From assembly GCF_000039765.1 (NCBI RefSeq), contig NC_004459.3:1260001-1292000 (forward strand): 32,000 nt of DNA, given 5' to 3'. Every line of letters starts with the position of its first letter. Position 1 is the stretch's first letter. The notes beneath the pieces are model-generated. The model did no database searches and was not told where the DNA came from. It was given only the letters and a program-made list of their open reading frames with translations. This DNA comes from Vibrio vulnificus CMCP6. Its GTDB lineage: Bacteria; Pseudomonadota; Gammaproteobacteria; Enterobacterales; Vibrionaceae. The translations under genes were made by a program, and so were the position numbers. Positions 21,648-32,000 of this stretch are shown here, piece by piece.

Positions 21648-22847
21648 ATGGCGTGGAATGAGCCTGGAAATAACAACGGCAACAATGGCCGCGATAATGA
21701 CCCTTGGGGTAACAATAATCGTGGTGGTCAGCGTCCGGGAGGACGAGACCAAGGGCCGCCGGATTTGGATGAAGTGTTTAACAAACTGAGTCAAAAGCTG
21801 GGTGGTAAGTTTGGCAACAAGGGAGGGCGTGGGCCTTCAATTGGTGGTGGCGGTGCAATTGGCTTTGGTGTCATTGCCGTTATTGCCGTACTTGTCTGGG
21901 TTTTCGCAGGCTTCTACACCATTGGTGAAGCGGAGCGTGGCGTGGTGTTACGTCTAGGCAAATACGATCGTATCGTTGATCCTGGTCTAAACTGGCGCCC
22001 ACGTTTTATTGACGAAGTCACACCTGTGAACGTGCAAGCCATTCGCTCGCTGCGTTCATCAGGTACGATGCTGACTAAAGACGAAAACGTTGTGACGGTT
22101 TCGATGGATGTTCAGTATCGTGTTGCGGATCCTTACAAGTACCTGTTCCGAGTGACTAATGCGGATGACAGCTTACGTCAAGCGACAGACTCGGCACTAC
22201 GTGCCGTGATCGGTGACTCATTGATGGACAGCATTTTGACCAGTGGTCGTCAGCAAATTCGTCAAAGCACTCAACAGACGCTAAACCAAATCATCGACAG
22301 CTATGACATGGGCTTAGTGATTGTGGATGTGAACTTCCAGTCGGCTCGTCCGCCTGAGCAAGTAAAAGATGCATTCGATGATGCGATTGCGGCGCGTGAG
22401 GATGAAGAGCGTTTCATTCGTGAAGCCGAAGCGTACAAAAATGAAATCTTGCCAAAAGCAACAGGCCGCGCAGAGCGTCTGAAGAAAGAGGCTCAAGGTT
22501 ACAGTGAACGCACCATCAACGAAGCGTTGGGTCAAGTGGCTCAGTTTGAAAAGCTGCTGCCTGAATATCAAGCTGCACCGAAGGTTACGCGTGATCGCCT
22601 CTACCTAGATACGATGGAAGAAGTGTATTCAAGCACATCGAAAGTGCTGATTGATTCTGAATCAAGTGGCAACTTACTTTACTTGCCGATTGATAAGTTG
22701 GCGGGTCAAGACTCTCAAACGGATACGAAGCGTAAAACGAAATCATCTTCGACTTACGATCAAATCCAATTGGAATCAGAGAGCTCGGCTGACAACACTC
22801 AGAACACGCAGTCTCGTTCAACAGGTTCACGTCAAGGGAGATACTAA
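21648..22847 (+). CDS. hflK: FtsH protease modulator HflK
   Basis: It has a G/N-rich N-terminus, a single TM helix and an SPFH/band-7 domain. It is followed 2 nt later by hflC. Confidence 0.95.
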   Translation: MAWNEPGNNNGNNGRDNDPWGNNNRGGQRPGGRDQGPPDLDEVFNKLSQKLGGKFGNKGGRGPSIGGGGAIGFGVIAVIAVLVWVFAGFYTIGEAERGVVLRLGKYDRIVDPGLNWRPRFIDEVTPVNVQAIRSLRSSGTMLTKDENVVTVSMDVQYRVADPYKYLFRVTNADDSLRQATDSALRAVIGDSLMDSILTSGRQQIRQSTQQTLNQIIDSYDMGLVIVDVNFQSARPPEQVKDAFDDAIAAREDEERFIREAEAYKNEILPKATGRAERLKKEAQGYSERTINEALGQVAQFEKLLPEYQAAPKVTRDRLYLDTMEEVYSSTSKVLIDSESSGNLLYLPIDKLAGQDSQTDTKRKTKSSSTYDQIQLESESSADNTQNTQSRSTGSRQGRY

Positions 22848-22849
22848 GA

Positions 22850-23830
22850 ATGCGTAAGTTAATGATCCCTGTACTGGTTCTTGTACTTGCAACCCTATTA
22901 ATGTCGTTGTTTGTCATCCCAGAAGGTGAGCGTGGTATTGTGGTTCGTTTTGGTCGAGTACTCAAAGATACCAATGACGTTACCCGAGTTTACGAACCTG
23001 GTTTGCATTTCAAAATGCCGTTGTTTGATCGTGTGAGAACATTAGATGCACGTATTCAGACAATGGACGGACGTTCAGACCGTTTTGTGACGTCAGAGAA
23101 AAAAGACGTCATCATCGATTCGTATGTGAAATGGCGTATTGAAGATTTCGGCCGCTACTATCTTGCAACGGGCGGTGGCAATACGCTAACCGCAGAAGCG
23201 TTACTTGAGCGTAAAGTGACCGATATTTTACGTGCAGAAATCGGTGCTCGTGAGATCAAACAGATTGTGTCTGGTCCGCGTAACGGCGATGTGTTGCCAG
23301 AAAGCGTGACCAGCGCGGAAGTGAGCACTGAAGCGGCGCGTCAAGCTCTGGAGATCGATGGTGAACGTGACCTGATCATGTCGAATGTATTGAAGGATAC
23401 GCGTGAAAGTGCCATGAAAGACTTGGGGGTTCACGTGGTGGACTTCCGTATGAAGAAAATCAATCTTCCGGATGAAATCAGTGAATCTATCTACCGTCGT
23501 ATGCGTGCAGAGCGTGAGTCAGTTGCGCGTAAGCACCGTTCTCAAGGTCGTGAGAAAGCGGAAGTTATCCGTGCTCAAGCTGAGCTAGAAGTGGCGACTA
23601 TTCTAGCTGAAGCGGACAAAACAGCGCGTGTCACACGTGGTGAAGCGGATGCTAAAGCAGCGAAGATTTACTCTGATTCTTACAACAAAGATCCTGAGTT
23701 CTTTAGCTTCATGCGCTCATTGAAAGCGTATGAGAAGTCATTTGGCACTAAGAGCGATATTCTTGTGTTGGATCCAAAGAGTGAGTTCTTCCAGTATATG
23801 AACAACGCAAAAGGCGCCGCAGCAAACTAA
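22850..23830 (+). CDS. hflC: FtsH protease modulator HflC
   Basis: It has an N-terminal TM helix and an SPFH domain (PEGERGIVVRFGRV...), in conserved hflKC order. Confidence 0.95.
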   Translation: MRKLMIPVLVLVLATLLMSLFVIPEGERGIVVRFGRVLKDTNDVTRVYEPGLHFKMPLFDRVRTLDARIQTMDGRSDRFVTSEKKDVIIDSYVKWRIEDFGRYYLATGGGNTLTAEALLERKVTDILRAEIGAREIKQIVSGPRNGDVLPESVTSAEVSTEAARQALEIDGERDLIMSNVLKDTRESAMKDLGVHVVDFRMKKINLPDEISESIYRRMRAERESVARKHRSQGREKAEVIRAQAELEVATILAEADKTARVTRGEADAKAAKIYSDSYNKDPEFFSFMRSLKAYEKSFGTKSDILVLDPKSEFFQYMNNAKGAAAN

Positions 23831-23853
23831 CACGGTGACCTTGTGTTTTGATG

Positions 23854-23880
23854 AAAAGGCTCCGTTGGAGCCTTTTTTCT
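23854..23880 (+). terminator. Rho-independent terminator after hflC (A-tract/T-tract flanked, possibly bidirectional)
   Basis: AAAAGGCTCC-gtt-GGAGCCTTTTTTCT. Confidence 0.8.
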
Positions 23881-23910
23881 TGTCTAAAACTGGCGTATTA
23901 AGGGATAAAT

Positions 23911-24096
23911 TTAACTCATCATGTAAGCGATAACCGCACCAGCCACGACAAGGCAGCCTCCAATGCGGCGTAACTGATTATCGGGTTGCTCACTTAACTG
24001 TGCTACCATATTTCGCCACCCTCTCGGAGCCAGCAATGGCCCCAATCCTTCCACAATCAGTACCAGCCCAAGCGCCACCCAAAGTGAGTTCGACAT
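23911..24096 (-). CDS. yjeT: Small membrane protein, DUF2065 (YjeT-like)
   Basis: 61 aa with two hydrophobic helices. LWVALGLVLIVEGLGPLL...PDNQLRRIGG..VVAG resembles E. coli YjeT, and the position between hflC and purA is the same. Confidence 0.85.
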   Translation of the reverse strand: MSNSLWVALGLVLIVEGLGPLLAPRGWRNMVAQLSEQPDNQLRRIGGCLVVAGAVIAYMMS

Positions 24097-24248
24097 TGCA
24101 TAAATCCGCAGTGAAAATAAAGTGAAATATTATCAGTGATATGATGGTGGCAAAAGTGGCCGTGCTGAGGAATGACTGAACGGAAGGGATCGCTGTGCAC
24201 AAAAAATGACTGCAAGATGCGTAATTCGGTGCTAGAATCCTTTTTTAA

Positions 24249-25586
<1,338 letters not shown>

Positions 25587-25608
25587 TCGCGAACTCAGAT
25601 GACAACGA

Positions 25609-25633
25609 AACCGGCCTCTTGGCCGGTTTTTTG
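25609..25633 (+). terminator. Rho-independent terminator after purA
   Basis: AACCGGCC-tctt-GGCCGGTT followed by TTTTG. Confidence 0.85.
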
Positions 25634-25820
25634 TATTCTCTAATGGGAGTCATTTTCCACTGCACTCAAGCTGGTGAAAAACTATACTAGCTGTGGCAAG
25701 CTATTGCCGATAAGCGGCAATTTTTGTCTAAAGCTAAGCGGTCTTTTGCCGATAATGTTATCAAGCCTGTGATTTCAAAGAGACGCGTTGGCTGAGGATA
25801 AACATTAAAGAGTGATGAAT

Positions 25821-26456
25821 ATGAGATTACGAACAGTAGCTGCTTCGCTGCTGTTGGTGTTGAGTGCTCCTTTTTCTAAAGCGAATGTCGCAGAAGTCGG
25901 AGCGCCCGTACCGATTTATACCGAAGCAGAGCTTATTAAGCTGATTGAGCAAAATAAGCACCTTGAGCGTGTGCGCGCGGATAATTGCCAGCTGGTGGAA
26001 GATATCGTGGCGCGGGCAACGAGAATTAACCTACCTGCGTACGAGTTCCTTTATGGTGATATGCTGGCGTGGGGTGTGTGTGTAGAGCAAGATGTTGAAC
26101 TCGGGCTCTACTACATGGAAAACGCAGCCCACCAAGGGCTACCGGCAGCGTTAGAGCAACTGGGGCGCTACTATTCACGTGGTACCTTAGTGCAGCAAGA
26201 CAAAGAAAGAGCGATTCCCTACCTTCGCGAAGCGGCGGCCATGGGTAACCTCAATGCGCGTATCCATCTTGCTGAACTGTTGCTGCGTGATTATGGCAGC
26301 CCTTTGGATTACGAAGATGCCTATCGCTGGCTCTACAACTCAGTCACTGCTGACCAACGTCAGCACCAACGAATTTCAATGCTGCGCCAAGGTTTAGAGC
26401 AGCGCATGCCAGAGAATATTATCGCCCGAGCGAAAAGGCGAGATACGTTCTGGTAA
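25821..26456 (+). CDS. Secreted Sel1-like repeat (SLR/TPR-like) protein
   Basis: It has a signal peptide (MRLRTVAASLLLVLSAPFSKA) followed by Sel1-type repeats (GLYYMENAAHQGLPAALEQLGRYY, AIPYLREAAAMGNLNARIHLAELL). The ATG at 25821 has AAGAG 8 nt upstream. The track start (GTG 25812) and the ATG at 25815 are alternatives. Confidence 0.75.
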   Translation: MRLRTVAASLLLVLSAPFSKANVAEVGAPVPIYTEAELIKLIEQNKHLERVRADNCQLVEDIVARATRINLPAYEFLYGDMLAWGVCVEQDVELGLYYMENAAHQGLPAALEQLGRYYSRGTLVQQDKERAIPYLREAAAMGNLNARIHLAELLLRDYGSPLDYEDAYRWLYNSVTADQRQHQRISMLRQGLEQRMPENIIARAKRRDTFW

Positions 26457-26488
26457 TACCTTGTCATCACTCTTCTCTCTTTGAATGC

Positions 26489-26516
26489 CAAAGCCCACCA
26501 ACTCGGTGGGCTTTTG
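26489..26516. terminator. Hairpin between the convergent Sel1-repeat gene and hmp (candidate bidirectional terminator)
   Basis: AAAGCCCACC-aactc-GGTGGGCTTT, with short T-runs on both strands. Confidence 0.5.
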
Positions 26517-26560
26517 TGTCTTGTGTGGTTGAGTTCAACGAACCTTGTCGCACTCTAGTA

Positions 26561-27745
26561 CTAAACCACTTTGTGTGGGCCAAAACATTCGTAATGGAAC
26601 TGTTGTTCAGGCACTCCCATCTCAAGCAATTGTTTGGCTATAAACTGCATAAAGCCAACAGGGCCACAGAAGTACACTTGTACATCAGCCTGTTTGAGGA
26701 CGGTTTCAATCTCATGCAGGTTCACCCATCCACTGAACTGGAAATCGTCACCGATTTTATCGTCTGAGTTTGGTTGGTTGTACCAAACTAACGAATTGAA
26801 ATGCGGATGCGTTTCAACCAATTGTTTGACGTGTTGTTTAAATGCGTGTTGTTGGCCATTTTCAGTTGCATGAATCCAAGTCACCGGCGCTTGATGCTCG
26901 GTTAGGCTTTCAAGCATAGAAAGTGTTGGCGTGAGGCCGACACCCGCAGAGATAAGCACGACTGGTGCCGTTGGCGCGGCATCAAGGAAAAAGTCACCGG
27001 CAGGCGCCGCGAGTTTGACTTTGCTGCCAACGTCGAGATGATCGTGCAGATAGTTAGAGACTCGGCCGCCTTCTTCACGTTTCACTGAAATGCGATAGCA
27101 ATCAGGACGTACAGAGGATGACAAGCTGTATTGGCGAATTTCTTGATTTTCAAACTGCTCATCGTTGATGTAAATCCCTAAATATTGCCCTGGTTTGAAG
27201 CTAACGACAGAGCCACCATCGACGGGCTTAAAGACAAAGCTACAGATGTGCGCACTCTCGTATTGTTTTTCGACCAGTTCAAACTCTCGCAAGCCACGCC
27301 AGCCGCCGGTTTGCGATTGGTTGTCTTGATAAATTTGCTCTTCTCGCTGAATGAAGACATTCGCCAGCACACCATAAGCTTCAGCCCAGGCATCGAGCAC
27401 AGCTTGCCCCGGAGAGAAAAGTTCATCAATGGTTGCCAGCAAGTGACCGCCGACAATTTGATATTGATCGGCAGTGATCAGAAAGCTGGAGTGCTTGTGA
27501 GCGATTTTTTCTACCGCGCCTAAGAGTGCAGGCAGATTGTCAATGTTGCTGGCGTAGGCGCAGATGGCGTTGAACAACGCTTCTCGTTGGTCACCATTGC
27601 GTTGGTTGCTCATGTTAAAGATATCTTTGAGTTCAGGATTGTGCTCAAACATACGTTGGTAGAAATGGGCGGTCAGTTTTGGTCCTGTTTCGGCCAACAG
27701 GGGGGCGGTCGATTTTACAATGTTAATGGTGTTTTCGCTGAGCAT
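26561..27745 (-). CDS. hmp: Flavohemoglobin / nitric oxide dioxygenase
   Basis: 394 aa with an N-terminal globin ([24 protein letters not shown]) and a C-terminal FAD/NAD ferredoxin-reductase module (RQYSLS, GVGLTP). AGGAAG precedes the ATG. Confidence 0.96.
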   Translation of the reverse strand: MLSENTINIVKSTAPLLAETGPKLTAHFYQRMFEHNPELKDIFNMSNQRNGDQREALFNAICAYASNIDNLPALLGAVEKIAHKHSSFLITADQYQIVGGHLLATIDELFSPGQAVLDAWAEAYGVLANVFIQREEQIYQDNQSQTGGWRGLREFELVEKQYESAHICSFVFKPVDGGSVVSFKPGQYLGIYINDEQFENQEIRQYSLSSSVRPDCYRISVKREEGGRVSNYLHDHLDVGSKVKLAAPAGDFFLDAAPTAPVVLISAGVGLTPTLSMLESLTEHQAPVTWIHATENGQQHAFKQHVKQLVETHPHFNSLVWYNQPNSDDKIGDDFQFSGWVNLHEIETVLKQADVQVYFCGPVGFMQFIAKQLLEMGVPEQQFHYECFGPHKVV

Positions 27746-27780
27746 AGCGGGCTTCCTATTAGGATTATTTGTTTAATTTT

Positions 27781-27803
27781 AAGTTGCATCTGTAATGCAT
27801 GTT
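27781..27803. promoter_or_regulatory. NsrR-type operator 1 (hmp-proximal)
   Basis: AAGTTGCATCT-g-TAATGCATGTT. Both halves match 9/11 to the 11-1-11 inverted repeat as I recall it (AAGATGYATTT-n-AAATRCATCTT). It overlaps a likely hmp -10 (minus-strand TAAAAT). Confidence 0.55.
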
Positions 27804-27805
27804 TA

Positions 27806-27828
27806 AAGTTGTATCTCAAATGTATCTT
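27806..27828. promoter_or_regulatory. NsrR-type operator 2 (nsrR-proximal)
   Basis: AAGTTGTATCT-c-AAATGTATCTT. The halves match 9/11 and 10/11 to the same consensus. It lies 48 nt upstream of the nsrR ATG. Confidence 0.55.
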
Positions 27829-27875
27829 TCAATCAAGAAAAGTTTTAGACTTTCTTCACCAGAGAGGAGCCCACC

Positions 27876-28301
27876 ATGCAACTGACGAGCTTTACTGATT
27901 ACGCCTTGCGCACCCTGATTTATCTCGCGTCGTTGCCGGATAATGAACAGACCAATATCACCGATGTGACTGAGCTATTTGGTGTTTCACGCAACCATAT
28001 GGTCAAGGTGATCAACCGTTTGGGGCAGTTAAACTACATTCAAACCGTAAGAGGAAAAAATGGTGGGATCCGCTTGAATCGCCCGGCGAAGACGATTTTA
28101 GTTGGAGAGGTTGTGCGAGATTTGGAGCCGTTGGATCTTGTCAATTGCTCGGTGGAGTTTTGCCATATTACACCCGCATGCCGTTTGAAGGAGCGCTTAT
28201 ATCGCGCGAAGCTGGCCTTTTTGGCGGAGTTGGATGATTGCTCGATCGCTGAGCTGTTGGATGACAACGCAGAGCTCCTGATCTTGCTGCAAAAAGCCTA
28301 A
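27876..28301 (+). CDS. nsrR: NO-sensing Rrf2-family repressor NsrR
   Basis: 141 aa with the [18 protein letters not shown] wHTH and three cluster-ligand cysteines ([13 protein letters not shown]). GAGGAG is the SD. Confidence 0.93.
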   Translation: MQLTSFTDYALRTLIYLASLPDNEQTNITDVTELFGVSRNHMVKVINRLGQLNYIQTVRGKNGGIRLNRPAKTILVGEVVRDLEPLDLVNCSVEFCHITPACRLKERLYRAKLAFLAELDDCSIAELLDDNAELLILLQKA

Positions 28302-28364
28302 CTGGCGTTGCCAGTATGCCCTATCCAAAGATAGAGCACACTGTTGCTGCAGAACGTCGCGGAG

Positions 28365-29771
28365 TTAGCGAATCTCTTCGCCCGAGTCGAGCACGGTTTT
28401 GCGAACGATGTCGGTAAAGGCCAGTGCTTCTTGGCGAATTTGTTCCTCATTCACCGTGTTGATTTGGCGCTCTTGCATGATCAGCTTGCCATCAACAATG
28501 GCATGGCGCACATTGCCGCTGTTGGCTGAGTAAACCAAAGCAGAGTATGGGTTGTAAACGGGGACCATATTTGGCGCTTTGGTATCGATAACGATGATGT
28601 CCGCTAGTTTGCCGACTTCAAGAGAACCGATTTTATCTTCCATATGCAGTGCTTTTGCTGCGCCCATGGTCGCCATATCGATCACTTTGAGTGGTGGCAT
28701 GGCTGCACGATCGTGATTGACCAGTTTGTGTACTTTCGCCACTTGGTTGAATTCATCAATGGTGCTCAGCGTGTTGCCCGACATTGGACCATCGGTACCC
28801 AAACCAATACGCACGTTTTCGTCGTACATCTTGAGGGCTGGGGCGACACCTTTGGCGGACTTAATGTTGGCACTCATGTTATGAGCCACGCCCATATCGG
28901 CCTGCTTCACTAACTCAATGTCTTTGTCGTCGACCAAAATCATGTGAGCGCCGACGAGGTTGGCATTCAATGCGCCGATTTGATGCATGTACTGCACCGG
29001 TGATAAACCGTTTGATCGTTCAGCAATCTTTTCTTGCTCACGGGTGGATTCGGCTAAGTGAATCAAAACAGGCACGTTCTTTTCTAGCGAGAGCTTCGCA
29101 ATTTTCTGTAGCGTTTCTGTGGTGTTAGTGTAGGGCGCGTGCGGTGCAAACGCTGGGGTAATTCTTGGGTGATCTTGGTATTGGTCGATAAAGTTCAGAG
29201 CGTATTGAATGCCTTCATCTGCGTTTTTGGCATCGGCGACAGGAAACTGAATCACACTCTGGCCAAGCACGGCACGCATACCAATTTGGTCGACCGTTTT
29301 CGCCACTTCGTCTTCGAAGTAATACATGTCTGCGTAGGTCGTTACGCCGCCTTTGAGCATTTCAACGTTCCCCAAATTTGCGCCGATGCGCACCATATCG
29401 CGTGACACCAGTTTGGCTTCTAATGGGAAAATGTAGCGATGCAGGCGGTCAGGCACATCGTCACCTAATGAGCGAAATACCGTCATCGACACATGCGTGT
29501 GCGTGTTGATTAAACCCGGCATTACGATATCGCCATCGACATCAAGCACTTGTTTTGCTTGATACTGCTTTGCCACATCCGCATCACCCACCGCGATGAT
29601 TTTGTTCTCTTTTACCACTACAGTGCCGTTTTGATACACCACTTTGTCTTTGTTCATGGTGAGGATCATGGCATCGGTGATCATAAGATCCGCAGGTTGT
29701 GCGGCATAACTCATGGACGAAAACAGGCTCATGCCTGCGATGGCAGCAGCAATTACGTTACGTTTCAGCAT
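28365..29771 (-). CDS. Secreted metal-dependent amidohydrolase, TRZ/ATZ (nucleobase/nucleoside deaminase-like) family
   Basis: It has HxH (INTHTHVSM), HLAES, GAHM and GTDG motifs in the order typical of COG0402-type deaminases. The start is trimmed to MLKRNVIAAAIAGMSLFSSMSYA|AQ (Sec signal, AAGGAAAATAGA before the ATG at 29771). The track start at 29861 lacks an SD. Confidence 0.8.
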   Translation of the reverse strand: MLKRNVIAAAIAGMSLFSSMSYAAQPADLMITDAMILTMNKDKVVYQNGTVVVKENKIIAVGDADVAKQYQAKQVLDVDGDIVMPGLINTHTHVSMTVFRSLGDDVPDRLHRYIFPLEAKLVSRDMVRIGANLGNVEMLKGGVTTYADMYYFEDEVAKTVDQIGMRAVLGQSVIQFPVADAKNADEGIQYALNFIDQYQDHPRITPAFAPHAPYTNTTETLQKIAKLSLEKNVPVLIHLAESTREQEKIAERSNGLSPVQYMHQIGALNANLVGAHMILVDDKDIELVKQADMGVAHNMSANIKSAKGVAPALKMYDENVRIGLGTDGPMSGNTLSTIDEFNQVAKVHKLVNHDRAAMPPLKVIDMATMGAAKALHMEDKIGSLEVGKLADIIVIDTKAPNMVPVYNPYSALVYSANSGNVRHAIVDGKLIMQERQINTVNEEQIRQEALAFTDIVRKTVLDSGEEIR

Positions 29772-29833
29772 TCTATTTTCCTTGGAACAGGCATCGGTAT
29801 AGTTTGCCGCGATAGTAAGAGATTCATGATGAA

Positions 29834-29849
29834 TTGCAAACGTTTGCTC
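29834..29849. promoter_or_regulatory. PurR-type (LacI-family) operator
   Basis: TTGCAAACGTTTGCTC contains the perfect 12-bp palindrome GCAAACGTTTGC, the core of the PurR box. It lies 63-78 nt upstream of the amidohydrolase ATG. It overlaps a plausible -35 on the minus strand (TTGCAA, 16-17 nt spacer, TACTAT). Confidence 0.55.
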
Positions 29850-30021
29850 TTTGGTTTGCATACTTCTGTGATCTTGGCACGGAGATGTAAACGAATCAGA
29901 AGAATGATGAAAAACTATGAAAAATAAGTGTTAATTTGCTGAAACTGCGACGCGTGGCTGTAGCTTATGAGCAGAGTCAGATATACTACAACCATACCTT
30001 CCTTGCTAAATAGGCGTGCCT

Positions 30022-32000
30022 ATGTCAGACGTTATTCAAAACGATCCTTTTGCCGATCGTGAATCAGAAAATTACGAAAATCCCATTCCAAGTCGTGAGT
30101 TTATTTTAGAGTTTCTCGAACAAGCTGGCGTACCGATGAATCGCAATGATTTGTTCGAAGCACTGCAGTTAAAAGACGAAGATCAATATGAAGGGCTAAG
30201 ACGCCGTTTGCGTGCAATGGAGCGCGATGGGCAGCTCGTCTTTACTCGTCGTCAATGCTATGCCTTACCTGAAAAATTGGAAATGATTAAAGGGTACGTG
30301 ATTGGTCACAAAGACGGCCACGGTTGGGTTAGACCAGAAGGCAGCGTGAACAAAGACGATGACATTCTGCTGCCTCATCACCAGATGAAAACCTTGATTC
30401 ATGGCGATTTCGTTTTAGTGCAACCGACGGACAACAGCAAGCGCGGCCGCAGGGAAGGGCGTTTAGTGCGTGTGTTGGACGAGCGCAAAGCGCAAATCGT
30501 TGGGCGTTTTTTCCTTGAGTATGGCTATTCCTATGTGGTGCCGGATGATTCACGCATTAGTCATGACATTCTCATCCCAAATGAGCACAAAGCGGGCGCT
30601 CGCATGGGCAACGTGGTGGTGATTGAAATCACCGATCGTGGTGCTCGCTCACGTGGCATGATGGGCAAAGTGGTGGAAGTGTTGGGCGAAAATATGGCGC
30701 CGGGTATGGAAACGCAAATTGCCATTCGTACACACCAAATCCCTCATGAGTGGCCGGAAGAAGTCGATAAACAGATCGCGAACTTAGGCGAAGAAGTGCC
30801 TGAAGAAGCGAAGGTTGGTCGCGTGGACTTACGTCAACTGCCGTTGGTCACCATCGATGGTGAGGACGCTCGTGACTTTGATGACGCGGTTTACTGTGAG
30901 AAGAAAAAAAGCGGCGGCTGGCGCTTATGGGTGGCGATTGCGGATGTGAGCTACTACGTTCGCCCTGACTCGGCGCTCGACAAAGAAGCGATCAACCGCG
31001 GTAACTCGGTTTATTTCCCATCACAAGTCGTTCCTATGTTGCCAGAAGTGCTGTCCAATGGCCTCTGTTCGTTGAATCCTCAAGTGGATCGCTTGTGTAT
31101 GGTGTGCGAAATGACCATTTCAGATAGCGGTAAGCTGTCAGGTTACAAGCACTATGAAGCGGTGATGAATTCCCACGCCCGCTTGACTTACACCAAAGTA
31201 AGCCAAATCCTTGAAGGGGATGAAGAGCTGCGTGAGCGTTACGCGCCACTGGTGCCACACCTTGAAGAGTTGCATGCGATGTACAAGGTGCTCAAAGAAG
31301 CGCGTGATCAGCGCGGGGCGATTGAATTTGAAACCGTGGAAACCAAGTTCATCTTTAACGCCGAACGTAAGATCGACCGTATTGAGCCTGTGATTCGTAA
31401 TGATGCACACAAGATCATCGAAGAATGTATGATCATGGCCAACATTGCGTCTGCCTCGCTGGTGGAAAAAGCCAAAGAGCCTGCGCTCTATCGTATTCAC
31501 GAATCGCCAGGAGAACTTCGTCTGCAAGGCTTCCGCGATTTCTTGGGCGAGTTAGGCTTAGATCTGAAAGGGGGCTTGGAGCCATCACCGACAGATTATG
31601 CGGATTTGGTGAAGCAAATTGGCGAACGTGCCGATAAAGAGCTGATCCAGACCATGTTGCTGCGCTCAATGAAGCAAGCGGTGTACAACGCAGATAATGC
31701 CGGCCACTTTGGTTTGGCCTTGCAGCGCTACGCGCATTTCACCTCGCCGATTCGTCGTTATCCGGATCTGTTGTTGCATCGTGCGATCAAATATCTGATC
31801 GCTAAAGAGAAAGGCCAAAATCAAGATCGCTGGACGCCAACGGGTGGTTACCACTATTCATTTGATGACATGGATTTCTATGGCGAGCAGTGTTCAATGA
31901 CCGAGCGTCGCGCCGATGACGCCACACGCGATGTTGCCGATTGGCTCAAATGTGAATACATGCAAGATCACGTGGGTGACGAACTTGATGGGGTGATTGC
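30022..32000 (+). CDS. rnr: Ribonuclease R (5' partial, continues beyond the window)
   Basis: This ORF is absent from the ORF track because it is open-ended. Hand translation from the ATG at 30022 gives [34 protein letters not shown]...[27 protein letters not shown]. In the same frame at 30841 it gives [20 protein letters not shown], the RNB catalytic motif. Confidence 0.93.
   Translation, partial: MSDVIQNDPFADRESENYENPIPSREFILEFLEQAGVPMNRNDLFEALQLKDEDQYEGLRRRLRAMERDGQLVFTRRQCYALPEKLEMIKGYVIGHKDGHGWVRPEGSVNKDDDILLPHHQMKTLIHGDFVLVQPTDNSKRGRREGRLVRVLDERKAQIVGRFFLEYGYSYVVPDDSRISHDILIPNEHKAGARMGNVVVIEITDRGARSRGMMGKVVEVLGENMAPGMETQIAIRTHQIPHEWPEEVDKQIANLGEEVPEEAKVGRVDLRQLPLVTIDGEDARDFDDAVYCEKKKSGGWRLWVAIADVSYYVRPDSALDKEAINRGNSVYFPSQVVPMLPEVLSNGLCSLNPQVDRLCMVCEMTISDSGKLSGYKHYEAVMNSHARLTYTKVSQILEGDEELRERYAPLVPHLEELHAMYKVLKEARDQRGAIEFETVETKFIFNAERKIDRIEPVIRNDAHKIIEECMIMANIASASLVEKAKEPALYRIHESPGELRLQGFRDFLGELGLDLKGGLEPSPTDYADLVKQIGERADKELIQTMLLRSMKQAVYNADNAGHFGLALQRYAHFTSPIRRYPDLLLHRAIKYLIAKEKGQNQDRWTPTGGYHYSFDDMDFYGEQCSMTERRADDATRDVADWLKCEYMQDHVGDELDGVI

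Noticed and set aside
22585-22974. A 129-aa antisense ORF across the hflK/hflC junction, and similar long shadow ORFs. Examples are 31138..31527 in rnr, 8115..8504 and 7494..7724 in the DASS gene, 6478..6834 in the EamA gene, and 1180..1479 in cysE.
   Set aside because: They lie opposite well-supported conserved genes. They have low-complexity or Cys/Arg/Ser-rich composition typical of antisense frames and no SD. They resemble no recognisable family.
28303-28315. A small hairpin, CTGGC-gtt-GCCAG, just after the nsrR stop, considered as a possible terminator.
   Set aside because: The stem is only 5 bp and no T-tract follows on either strand. That is insufficient for a terminator call.

Overview
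This is a core housekeeping segment of a Vibrionaceae (Vibrio-like, roughly mid-40s % GC) chromosome. I assigned genes by reading the supplied translations and recognising family motifs; no searches were run. The gene order closely follows two E. coli neighbourhoods. Block 1 is mostly on the minus strand: envC, cysE, gpsA, secB, a yibN-type rhodanese, and divergent gpmI. An EamA/DMT transporter, a DASS/SLC13 symporter, psd and rsgA follow. Block 2 is on the plus strand: orn, then a tandem array of 5 tRNA-Gly(GCC) and 4 initiator tRNA-fMet genes. It continues with convergent queG, tsaE-amiB-mutL-miaA-hfq-hflX-hflK-hflC, yjeT, purA, hmp/nsrR, a secreted amidohydrolase, and the 5' part of rnr. 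The rnr ORF runs off the window, so it is missing from the ORF track. I see no integrase, transposase, CRISPR array, toxin-antitoxin or defence-island signature, and I do not claim a new multi-gene system. Five non-coding signals deserve a second look. (1) Two perfect, inverted DnaA boxes plus weaker boxes lie in the ORF-free convergent tRNA-queG spacer, the position of datA in E. coli. (2) A perfect PurR-type palindrome sits on the likely promoter of the signal-peptide-bearing amidohydrolase. (3) Two tandem NsrR-type operators lie between hmp and nsrR. (4) A spacer hairpin is kept by compensatory changes throughout the tRNA array. (5) A parS-core palindrome lies upstream of the DASS transporter. 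Several ORF-track starts appear to be over-extended and have been trimmed.
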